A DNA stretch of 64,000 nucleotides, taken from assembly GCA_028826165.1 (NCBI GenBank), contig JAPDFW010000033.1, positions 620,001-684,000 on the forward strand. The letters run 5' to 3'. This document shows positions 50,201-61,231 of the stretch, in pieces. A program made the translations under genes and the position numbers. The notes beneath the pieces are model-generated. The model saw only the letters and a program-made list of their open reading frames with translations, was not told the origin of the DNA and made no database searches. Source of the DNA: Anaeramoeba ignava BMAN (taxonomy: Eukaryota; Protista; Anaeramoebae). Positions within the stretch are counted from its first letter, which is position 1, and every line of letters begins with the position of its first letter.

Positions 50201-50387
50201 TTATTTTTAAGAACAAAATAAAGAATAAAATAAATTAAAATAAAAGAAGAATTCAATTTAAGTTTTAAATTTTGATAAAGAAAAGAAAAAATTGTTTTAC
50301 AAATCGATAATTGACATTTTGATTTGTTAAATGTTCTTTTATTCTTTCGAAAGAACCCGAAATAATTGCGAAATATAACTCAACCAT
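47271..50387 (-). CDS. Ankyrin-repeat + BTB protein, 19 exons including 12 micro-exons, about 573 aa
   Basis: Exons 50387-50301, 50187-85, 50098-93, 49985-49890, 49779-77, 49715-13, 49638-49543, 49475-73, 49404-02, 49305-49210, 49147-45, 49078-76, 48999-48904, 48833-31, 48769-67, 48696-48601, 48535-33, 48450-48, 48386-47271. All have AG/GT flanks and phase 0. Ankyrin TPLHFAC motifs; BTB FCDFEF..VHKLIIEAR and KDFQI..IHKIILLARSETYRGMF. Confidence 0.85.
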
Positions 50388-50526
50388 TTAATATTTAATA
50401 TTTAATATTTAATATTTAATATTTATTTTTTTAAACACAAGAGGTGAAAAAAAAATCAAAAGAAAAAAATGATTTTAAAAATTTTTTTCATTTTTTTCAT
50501 TTTTTTCATTTTTTTCATTTTTTCTT

Positions 50527-50799
50527 ATGGGTTCTTCTACAAGTAAAGCAGAGACACAAAAAATACAAGAATTAGAAATTCAAGATTATATTCAACAAAT
50601 AAATTCATTAATTGAAAATTGTTTTCAAGAATGTGTTTGTTCTTTTAGAACAAGAGATTTAAATTCTTCTGAAAAAACTTGTTTAAAAAATTGTGTTGAA
50701 AGAATGTTATCTTTTCAAAAAAGAGTTGAACAAAGAATAGCAGAACAAGGAATTATGGCACAAAGAAGATTTGAAGAAGAACAATTAAGAAAAAAATAA
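50527..50799 (+). CDS. Small Tim (Tim9/Tim10-like) twin CX3C chaperone
   Basis: CFQEC and CLKNC twin CX3C with an LNSSEKT spacer; 90 aa; closest in pattern to Tim9. Confidence 0.85.
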   Translation: MGSSTSKAETQKIQELEIQDYIQQINSLIENCFQECVCSFRTRDLNSSEKTCLKNCVERMLSFQKRVEQRIAEQGIMAQRRFEEEQLRKK

Positions 50800-50866
50800 A
50801 GTTTTTTTTTTTAAAAAAGAAAATTAAATAAAGAAAAAATTTCAATTAAAAATTTATTTATTTTAT

Positions 50867-53800
50867 TTAATTATTTGAATTATTTTTTTCTTGTTTTTCT
50901 TGTTTTTCTTGTTTTGGTTCACCAGAATAAATATAAATATTATTTGTAGCAGCAATTACAAAGCAATGAGTAAAAGGATGATAAGCAATATTTAGTACTT
51001 TTCTTGTATAATCAACTGAGTGAATATTGTATTCAAAAACATGTTTTTTTTTATCTTCTTCAATTGATACAAAATTATCAAATATTTCAGTTGTTTGAAT
51101 TCCTTTAACCATAGTTTTAGTTTGTTTTTCCCAATCATATATAAAGAAATGATTTCCATAACTTCCTGTGAGAAGAAATCTTTGATTATGAAATAAATAT
51201 TTAAATTAAAATTAAAATAAATTTTAAATAAATACTAAATAAAATTTTAAATAAATATTAAATAAATATTTATAATTACTTTGAATCAAAAGAAAAAGCA
51301 CTTTCGAATTTATCAAAGAAATAATCTCTTTCATAAAGTTCAAATAAATTTGGAAGAAGAAAAGGATGAACATCAATATTTGAAACTGGTACATTTTCTT
51401 TTCGAATATCCCATACTTTAATAGACATAAAATCACGTGAAGAAAAATAAGGACCTTCAGGTGAAAATTCAATTTCAGAAACACTATTTATAATATCTGT
51501 AAAGAAAGTATGATATTTGGTTGATTCATCAACTTGCATAACTAATTGTTATTTTTTTGAATTAAATATATTTTTGAATTAAATATATTTATTTTTGAAT
51601 TAAATATGTTTATTTTTGAATTAAATATATTTATTTGAATTAAATATATTTGTTTGAATTAAATATGTTTATTTTTGAATTAAATATATTTGTTTGAATT
51701 AAATATATTTTTGTATTTGAATTAAATATATTTTTGAATTAAATATATTTTTGTTTTGAATTAAATATATATTTGAATTAAATATATTTATTTGAATTAA
51801 ATATATTTTTGAATTAAATATGTTTATTTTTGAATTAAATATATTTGTTTGAATTAAATATATTTTTGAATTAAATATATTTTTGAATTAAATATATTTT
51901 TGAATTAAATATATTTGTTTGAATTAAATATATTTTTGTTTGAATTAAATATATTTTTGAATTAAATATATTTTGTTTTTGAATTAAATATATATTTGAA
52001 TTAAATATGTTTGTTTTGAATTAAATATGTTTATTTGAATTAAATATATTTTTGAATTAAATATATTTATTTGAATTAAATATATATTTTTGAATTAAAT
52101 ATATTTTTGAATTAAATATATTTTTGAATTAAATATATTTTTGAATTAAATATGTTTATTTGAATTAAATATATTTTTGAATTAAATATATTTTTGAATT
52201 AAATATATTTTTGAATTAAATATATTTTGTTTTGAATTAAGTATATTTTTTGAATTAAATATATTGTTTTTGAATTAAATATGTTTGTTTGAATTAAATA
52301 TATTTTGAATTAAATATATTTTGAATTAAATATATTTTTGTTTGAATTAAATATATTGTTTTGAATTAAATATATTGTTTTGAATTAAGTATATATTTTT
52401 GAATTAAATATATTGTTTTGAATTAAATATATTGTTTTGAATTAAATATATTTATTTGAATTAAATATGTTTGTTTGAATTAAATATATTTTTGTTTGAA
52501 TTAAATATATTTTTGAATTAAATATATTTGTTTTGGATTAAATATGTTTATTTGAATTAAATCATTATAAACCTTTGGAAAAATGAGAACAAACAGCTGA
52601 TTCTCTTAAATCACCAAAACGTATTATTCCTTTTGATGTTGCAAACGCAAAAATATTGCATTCTTTTGGATGAAATTTTGCAACTGTAATTACATCCGAT
52701 AATTTTTCAATTTCTTCTGGTTTGATATCTGCAATAACTTTTAATTTTAATTTTAATTTTAATTTTGATTTTAATTTTTTAATTTTAATTTTAATTTTGA
52801 ATTTTTAATTTTAATTTTTAATTTTTAATTTTAATTTTAATTTTTAATTTTTAATTTTAATTTTAATTTTAATTTTTAATTTTAATTTTAATTTTAATTT
52901 TAATTTTAATTTTAATTTTAATTTTAAATTTTAATTTTAATTTTAATTTTAAATTTTAATTTTAATTTTAATTTTAATTTGAATTTTAATTTGAATTTTC
53001 ATTTTAATTTTAATTTTAATTTCAATTTCAATTTTAATTTTAATTTTAATTTTATTCTAATATACTAAATGCTTGAGAAGCATCATTTAAATTCCAAATA
53101 TTAATTCTTAAATCATCAGCTGATAAAAAAGTTTCACCATCTGAATTAAGAGATAATGAATTTATATTATAAATATGACCATTTTGAAAAGATTTTGAAA
53201 GATTTGTTGCAATTGCTGGATTTTTTTTTTCAATTCTAGGAAATTTTATTTGATTAATTGATGTAATATTTCTTTTTAAATCTCCATTTTTATTCAAATT
53301 AAATTGTTGAGTTTCATATTCAAAAGAATTTGAAATTTTCCATAATTTAATAATTTTTTCTAAAATTTAATTTAAAAATAAAAAAGCAAAAAAAATTTTG
53401 GTTTTTTTTTTAATTGGAAAATTTTTTTTACTGTTTGAATAAATTGCTTTTTTTTTTTACCATTTGTTGAAAGTAAAAATCTTGCATTTGGTTGATTTGG
53501 AAGCCATTGAATTCTATTAACTTTTTCTTCAATATCTACACTTTTTAAATAATCAAATTGTGAAGAATGACTTTGAAATTCACATAAAAATTTATATTCT
53601 ATTGATTTTTTCTTTTTATCAAAAAAAATATATAAAATTTTAAATTTAAATTTAATTTTAATTTTAATTTCAATTTTAATTTTAATTTTAATTTTATAAA
53701 TTAATTTTAATTTTAATTTTAAATTTAATTTTAATTTTGATTTTAATTTTAATTTTAATTTTGAATTTAATTTTAATTTTAATATTAATTTTATAAATTA

Positions 53801-54228
53801 ATTTTAATTTTAATTTTAATTTTAATTTTAATTTTAATTTTAATTTTAATTTTAATTTTGAATTTAATTTTAATTTTAATTTTAATTTTAATTTTAAATT
53901 AATTTTGATTTTAATTTTAATTTTAATTTTAATTTTAATTTTAATTTGAATTGAAATTTTAATATTAATTTTAATTTTGATTTTAATTGCTTTTGATAAC
54001 GAATTTTATTTGAAAAATTTTTTTTTTTAAAATAAAAAAAAACCAAACTTTATTTTGTGTATTTTGATTGTTTGAAAAAAGTATAATTCTTCCACCATGA
54101 TCTCCAACAGCAACATAATCCCCTGTTTTGTCAAAAGCTAAAGCAGAAATTATATCTGCATCTTGTACTGTATCTTGTGGGCTTTCATCTCCAAAAGCTT
54201 GAAGAACTTTAAATGAATGTGAAGTCAT
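50867..54228 (-). CDS. PPP2R2: PP2A regulatory subunit B/B55 (CDC55/PPP2R2), 6 exons
   Basis: Exons 54228-54049, 53611-53461, 53359-53066, 52737-52573, 51541-51280, 51179-50867. Motifs [95 protein letters not shown]. Confidence 0.95.
51555..52562. repeat. ~16-21 bp minisatellite (TTTGAATTAAATATATT)n in B55 intron 51542-52572
   Basis: Direct tandem array with variable T-rich spacers. Confidence 0.92.
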
Positions 54229-54347
54229 AAACAAGAGAAAAAAATTTTTTAAATGAAAAAAAAAATGAAAAAAACTTATTTTGAAAAATTTTTTTTTAAT
54301 TTAATTTCTTTTTCTTTTTCTTTTTCTTTTCATTCCACTTTTTTAAA

Positions 54348-57300
54348 TTAAATTAAAAAATTTTTTCTTTTTAAAATTAAATCAATAATTGAATTTTGAT
54401 TTAATTGATAATAATCTTTTAAATCTGAAAATTCTTCATTAATTTCTTTTGTAATTTCTTTTTCAAATTCATCATGATAAAGAAAATAAATTAATTGATT
54501 AATTGTTTCAAATGATTTTTGAATAATCATGAACTTGATTAGATTTATCTTGAACATTTAATTGAAACATTCCTTTAAATAATTCACTTCGAATTATTAA
54601 TATTAATTTATGAACTTTAATTTCTTTTTCTTTTGAAATAATTATTGTAAAATCTTTAGTTTGATTTTGTTGATATAATTTTGATAAATCTTTAATTATT
54701 CCTTTTCTTCCTTTTTTATTTTCAATCCATTTTGAATCAAATCCAATTCCTTTAAATAATTTGATTATTTTATTTTCTTTTTCTTTCGTTTCTGATAATA
54801 ATATTTGTTTAGATTGATCTTCAAAATATTCTAAATTTAATCTTTGATAAATTTGTTCAAAATCATAAAATCCTGAATAAAGAAAATTTAATGAAAGTTC
54901 AACTTCTTCTTTTGTTTTTTTTAAATTACAAATATTGATAAATTTGTTTAAATCTGTTTCATTATTATCAAATCTTGTTAATAAAATCAATTTATGAACA
55001 TTAAATTTGAAACCATCATTTGATTGAATTTGTAAATCTGAAAAATTATTATCTTCATTTGATTTTAATAAATTGTTTAAATCTTGATTAATTGAATAAA
55101 TTTTCATTCCAAATTCAATAATTTCTTGTGAAATTTGATTTTGATCTAAATCAAAAATATTTGCATCATTCATTAATAATAATTTGATTAATTCTTTGTT
55201 TTTGTTTTTCACTGAAATTGAAAGAGCAGTTTCATTATCCCATTTTGTTTTTGAATTGATATCAATTCCTTTTTCAATAAGATATTTAATAATTTCAATG
55301 GAAATATTTTTATTTTTACAAGCAATATGTAAAGCAGTTTCATTATTATTTGTTTTTGAATTAATATCAATTCCATTTTCAATTAGATATTTGATAATTT
55401 GAATGGAAATATTTTTATTTTCACAAGCAATATGTAAAGCTGTTTCATTATTATTTGTTTTTGAATTAATATCAATTCCATTTTCAATAAGATATTTGAT
55501 AATTTGAATGGAAATATTTTTATTTTCACAAGCAATATGTAAAGCTGTTTCATTATTATTTGTTTTTGAATTAATATTAATTCCATTTTCAATAAAATAT
55601 TTAATAATTTGAATGGAAATATATTCATTTTCACAAGCAATATGTAAAGCAGTTTTATTATTATTTGTTTTTGAATTAATATTAATTCCATTTTCAATAA
55701 GATATTTAATAATTTGAAAGGAAATATTTCTATTTTCACAAGCAAAATGTAAAGCAGTTTCATTATCATTTGTTTTTGAATTAATATTAATTCCATTTTC
55801 AATAAGATATTTAATAATTTGAATGGAAATATTTTCATTTTTACAAGCAATATGTAAAGCAGTTTTATTATCATCTGTTTTTGAATTAATATCAATTCCA
55901 TTTTCAATAAGATATTTAATAATTTCAATGGAAATATTTTCATTTTTACAAGCAATATGTAAAGCAGTTTTATTATTATTTGTTTTTGAATTAATATTAA
56001 TTCCATTTTCAATAAAATATTTAATAATTTGAATGGAAATATATTCATTTTCACAAGCAATATGTAAAGCAGTTTCATTATTATTTGTTTTTGAATTAAT
56101 ATCAATTCCATTTTCAATAAGATATTTAATAATTTGAATGGAAATATTTTCATTTTCACAAGCAATATGTAAAGCAGTTTTGTTATCAATTGTTTTTGAA
56201 TTGATATCAATTCCATTTTCAATTAGATATTTAATAATTTCAATGGAAATATTTTCATTTTCACAAGCAAAACGTAAAGCAGTTTCATTATAATCTGTTT
56301 TTGAATTAATATCAATTCCTTTTTCAATAAAATATTTAATAATTTGAATGGAAATATTTTCATTTTCACAAGCAAAACGTAAAGCAGTTTCATTATAATC
56401 TGTTTTTGAATTAATATCAATTCCATTTTCAATAAGATATTTGATAATTTCAATGGAAATATTTTCATTTTCAAAAGCAATATGTAAAGCAGTTTTATTA
56501 TTATTTGTTTTTGAATTAATATTAATTCCATTTTCAATAAGATATTTAATAATTTGAAAGGAAATATTTCTATTTTCACAAGCAAAATGTAAAGCAGTTT
56601 CATTATCATATTTTGTTTTTGAATTAATATTAATTCCATTTTCAATAAGATATTTAATAATTTCAATGGAAATATTTTTATTTTTACAAGCAATATGTAA
56701 AGCAGTTTCATTATTATTTGTTTTTGAATTAATATCAATTCCATTTTCAATAAAATATTTAATAATTTCAATTGAAATATTTTTATTTTCACAAGCAAAA
56801 TGTAAAGCAGTTTCATTATTATTTGTTTTTGAATTAATATTAATTCCTTTTTCAATAAAATATTTAATAATTTGAATGGAAATATTTTCATTTCCACAAG
56901 CAAAATGCAAAGCAGTTTTATTTATAAATATATTTGGATTAATATAGATATCATGTGAATCTGTATATTTTATTAGTTCAAGTATTGGATTTTGATATTC
57001 TAATGGAATTTGTATTTTGGTTTCTTTGATAAATTCTTTTGTATCAATATCAATTTTGTTATTAATGATATATTGAATTACTTCTTTTAAACCAGATTGA
57101 AAAGTTGAAAGAAAATTTGTTTTGATTGTTTTTGAATTGATATTAATTCCTTTTGAAAGTAAAAGTTCAAGAATATCTTTTGTTGAATTATTGGTAATTG
57201 CAATATGAAATGAATTCCTTCCTAATTCATCAACAGAATTTAGATTTAAACCTTTAGAAATTAAAATTTCAATTATTTCTTTTGAAACTTTGTTTTCAAT

Positions 57301-57414
57301 TGCAAAATGTAAAATTGGTTTGTTTTCTTTTTCAATTTCTTGTTTTGAAATGTTTTCAATTTGTTTTAAATATTCTTTATTATTTTCTTTAATTGCTTTT
57401 TTAATTAAATTCAT
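54348..57414 (-). CDS. Intronless ankyrin-repeat + BTB protein; 1-nt homopolymer frameshift near 54517
   Basis: Many 34-aa TALHIAC repeats. The C-terminus continues in ORF 54348-54557 and matches the paralog ending LKRKNFLI. Confidence 0.85.
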
Positions 57415-57454
57415 TTTTAAGAAAAAAAATGAAAAAAAATGAAAAATGAATTTT

Positions 57455-60400
57455 CTAAATTAAAAAATTTTTTCTTTTTAAAATTAAATCAATAATTGAA
57501 TTTTGATTTAATTGATAATAATCTTTTAAATCTGAAAATTCTTCATTAATTTCTTTTGTAATTTCTTTTTCAAATTCATCATGATAAAGAAAATAAATTA
57601 ATTGATTAATTGTTTCAAATGATTTTTTTGAATAATCATGAACTTGATTAGATTTATCTTGAACATTTAAAAACATTCCTTTATATAATTCACTTCGAAT
57701 TATTAATATTAATTTATGAACTTTAATTTCTTTTTCTTTTGAAATAATTATTGTAAAATCTTTAGTTGAATTTTGTTGATATAATTTTGATAAATCTTTA
57801 ATTATTCCTTTTCTTCCTTTTTTATTTTCAATCCAATTTGAATCAAATCCAATTTCTTTAAATAATTTGATTATTTTATTTTCTTTTTCTTTCATCTTTT
57901 CTTCAAATAGATTAGAATCAGAATCAGAATTAGAATCAGAATCAGAATCAGAATCAGAATCAGAATCAGAATCAGAATTAGAATTAGAATTAGAATTAGA
58001 ATTAGAATTAGAATTAGAATTAGAATTAGAATTAGAATTAGAATTAGAATTAGAATTAGAATTAGAATTAAAATTAGAATTAGAATTAGAATTAGAATCA
58101 TGTTTAGATTGATCTTCAAAATATTCTAAATTTAAATTTTGATAAATTTGTTCAAAATCATAAAATCCTGAATAAAGAAAATTTAATGAAAGTTCAACTT
58201 CTTCTTTTGTTTTTTTTAAATTACAAATATTGATAAATTTGTTTAAATCTGTTTCATTATTATCAAATCTTGTTAATAAAATCAATTTATGAACATTAAA
58301 TTTGAAACCATCATTTGATTGAATTTGTAAATCTGAAAAATTATTATCTTCATTTGATTTTAATAAATTGTTTAAATCTTGATTAATTGAATAAATTTTC
58401 ATTCCAAATTCAATAATTTCTTGTGAAATTTGATTTTGATCTAAATCGAAAATATTTGCATCATTCATTAATAATAATTTGATTAATTCTTTGTTTTTGT
58501 TTCTTCTTCTGATTGAAATTGAAAGAGCAGTTTCATTATCATCTGTTTTTGAATTAATATCAATTCCTTTTTCAATAAGATATTTAATAATTTCAATGGA
58601 AATATTTTCATTTTTACAAGCATAATATAAAGCTGTTTCATTATTATTTGTTTTTGAATTGATATCAATTCCATTTTCAATTAAATATTTAATAATTTGA
58701 AATGATGAATTTTGTTTTTTGCATTCAATATGTAAAGCAGTTTCATTATGATATCCTCCTTTTGAATTAATATCAATTCCATTTTCAATAAGATATTTAA
58801 TAATTTGAAATGATGGATTTTCTTTTTTGCATTCAATATCTAAAGCAGTTTCATTATTATCTTTTGTTTTTGAATTAATATCAATTCCATTTTCAATTAA
58901 TAATTTGATAATTTCAATGGAAATATTTTTATTTTTAAAAGCAATATGTAAAGCAGTTTCATTATTATTTGTTTTTGAATTAATATCAATTCCTTTTTCA
59001 ATTAGATATTTAATAACTTGAATGGAAATATTTTTATTTTGACAAGCAATATGTAAAGCAGTTTCATTATCATCTGTTTTTGAATTAATATAAATTCCAT
59101 TTTCAATTAATAATTTAATAATTTCAATGGAAATATTTTCATTTTTGCAAGCAATATGTAAAGCAGTTTCATTACTATATCCTCCTTTTGAATTAATATC
59201 AATTCCATTTTCAACTAATAATTTGATAATTTCAATGGAAATATTTTTATTTTGACAAGCAATATGTAAAGCAGTTTCATTATTATTTGTTTTTGAATTA
59301 ATATCAATTCCTTTTTCAATTAGATATTTAATAATTTCAATGGAAATATTTTTATTTAGACAAGCAATATGTAAAGCTGTTGCATTATTTCGTTTTGTTT
59401 TTGAATTAATATCAATTCCTTTTTCAATTAATAATTTGATAATTTCAATTGAAATATATTCTTTTTGACAAACAATATGTAAAGCAGTTGCATTATTATC
59501 ATTTGTCTTTGAATTAATATCAATTCCATTTTCAATAAGATATTTAATAATTTGAATGGAAATATTTTTATTGTAACAAGCAATATGTAAAGCAGTTGCA
59601 TTATTATTTGCTTTTGAATTGATATCAATTCCTTTTTCAATAAGATATTTAATAATTTCAATGGAAATATTTTCATTTTTATTTTGACAAGCAATATGTA
59701 AAGCTGTTGCATTATTATATCCTTCTTTTGAGTTGATATCAATTCCATTTTCAATAAGATATTTGATAATTTCAATCGAAATATTTTCATTTAGGCAAGC
59801 AAAATGTAAAGCAGTTGCATTATTATTTTTTGTTTTTGAATTAATATCAATTCCATTTTCAATTAGATATTTAATAATTTCAATAGAAATATTTTTATTT
59901 TTACAAGCAATATGTAAAGCAGTTTCATTATATTTTGTTTTTGAATTAATATCAATTCCATTTTCAATTAGATATTTAATAATTTCAATGGAAATATTTT
60001 CATTTAGACAAGCAATATGTAAAGCAAATTCATCATTATTATTTGTTTTTGAATTGATATCAATTCCATTTTCAATAAGATATTTAATAATTTGAATGGA
60101 AATATTTTTATTTTTGCAAGCAAAATGTAAAGCAGTTTCATTATATTTTGTTTTTGAATTGATATCAATTCCATTTTCAATAAGATATTTGATAATTTCA
60201 ATGGAAATATTTTCATTTTGGCAAGCAATATGTAAAGCAAATTCATCATTATATTTTGTTTTTGAATTAATATCAATTCCTTTTTCAATAAGATATTTGA
60301 TAATTTCAATTGAAATATTTTTATTTAGGCAAGCAAAATGTAAAGCAGTTTCATTATTATTTGTTTTTGAATTGATATCAATTCCATTTTCGATAAGATA

Positions 60401-61162
60401 TTTAATAATTTGAAATGATGGATTTTCTTTTTTACAAGCAATATGTAAAGCAGTTTCATTATATTTTGTTTTTGAATTGATATCAATTCCATTTTCGATA
60501 AGATATTTGATAATTTCAATGGAAATATTTTCATTTTCACAAGCAATATGTAAAGCAGTTTTATTTTGATTTGTTTGGGAATTAATATTAATTCCATTTT
60601 CAATTAGATATTTAATAATTTCAATGGAAATATTTTCATTTTCACAAGCAATATGTAAAGCAGTTTTATTTATAAATATATTTGGATCAATATAGATATG
60701 ATGTGAATCTGTATATTTTATTAGTTCAAGTATTGAATTTTGATATTCTAATGGAATTTGTATTTTGGTTTCTTTGATAAATTCTTTTGTATCAATATCA
60801 ATTTTGTTATTAATGATATATTGAATTACTTCTTTTAAACCAGATTGAAAAGTTGAAAGAAAATTTGTTTTGATTGTTTTTGAATTGATATTAATTCCTT
60901 TTGAAAGTAAAAGTTCAAGAATATCATTTGTTGAATTGCTTATAATTGCGATATGAAATGAATTCCTTCCTAATTCATCAACAGAATTTAGATTTAAACC
61001 TTTAGAAATTAAAATTTCAATTATTTCTTTTGAAACTTTGTTTTCAATTGCAAAATGTAAAATTGGTTTGTTTTCTTTTTCAATTTCTTGTTTTGAAATG
61101 TTTTCAATTTGTTTTAAATATTCTTTATTATTTTCTTTAATTGCTTTTTTAATTAAATTCAT
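57455..61162 (-). CDS. Intronless ankyrin-repeat + BTB protein (1235 aa) with a poly-NS/DS insert
   Basis: Intact ORF with more than 20 ankyrin repeats and BTB motifs; hexamer repeat at about 57912-58100. Confidence 0.92.
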   Translation of the reverse strand: MNLIKKAIKENNKEYLKQIENISKQEIEKENKPILHFAIENKVSKEIIEILISKGLNLNSVDELGRNSFHIAIISNSTNDILELLLSKGININSKTIKTNFLSTFQSGLKEVIQYIINNKIDIDTKEFIKETKIQIPLEYQNSILELIKYTDSHHIYIDPNIFINKTALHIACENENISIEIIKYLIENGININSQTNQNKTALHIACENENISIEIIKYLIENGIDINSKTKYNETALHIACKKENPSFQIIKYLIENGIDINSKTNNNETALHFACLNKNISIEIIKYLIEKGIDINSKTKYNDEFALHIACQNENISIEIIKYLIENGIDINSKTKYNETALHFACKNKNISIQIIKYLIENGIDINSKTNNNDEFALHIACLNENISIEIIKYLIENGIDINSKTKYNETALHIACKNKNISIEIIKYLIENGIDINSKTKNNNATALHFACLNENISIEIIKYLIENGIDINSKEGYNNATALHIACQNKNENISIEIIKYLIEKGIDINSKANNNATALHIACYNKNISIQIIKYLIENGIDINSKTNDNNATALHIVCQKEYISIEIIKLLIEKGIDINSKTKRNNATALHIACLNKNISIEIIKYLIEKGIDINSKTNNNETALHIACQNKNISIEIIKLLVENGIDINSKGGYSNETALHIACKNENISIEIIKLLIENGIYINSKTDDNETALHIACQNKNISIQVIKYLIEKGIDINSKTNNNETALHIAFKNKNISIEIIKLLIENGIDINSKTKDNNETALDIECKKENPSFQIIKYLIENGIDINSKGGYHNETALHIECKKQNSSFQIIKYLIENGIDINSKTNNNETALYYACKNENISIEIIKYLIEKGIDINSKTDDNETALSISIRRRNKNKELIKLLLMNDANIFDLDQNQISQEIIEFGMKIYSINQDLNNLLKSNEDNNFSDLQIQSNDGFKFNVHKLILLTRFDNNETDLNKFINICNLKKTKEEVELSLNFLYSGFYDFEQIYQNLNLEYFEDQSKHDSNSNSNSNFNSNSNSNSNSNSNSNSNSNSNSNSNSNSNSNSDSDSDSDSDSDSDSNSDSDSNLFEEKMKEKENKIIKLFKEIGFDSNWIENKKGRKGIIKDLSKLYQQNSTKDFTIIISKEKEIKVHKLILIIRSELYKGMFLNVQDKSNQVHDYSKKSFETINQLIYFLYHDEFEKEITKEINEEFSDLKDYYQLNQNSIIDLILKRKNFLI

Positions 61163-61231
61163 TTTAAAAAAAAAATGAAAAAAAAAAATGAAAAAAAAAT
61201 TTTTGCTTTTTTCCTCTTTTTAATTTAATTT

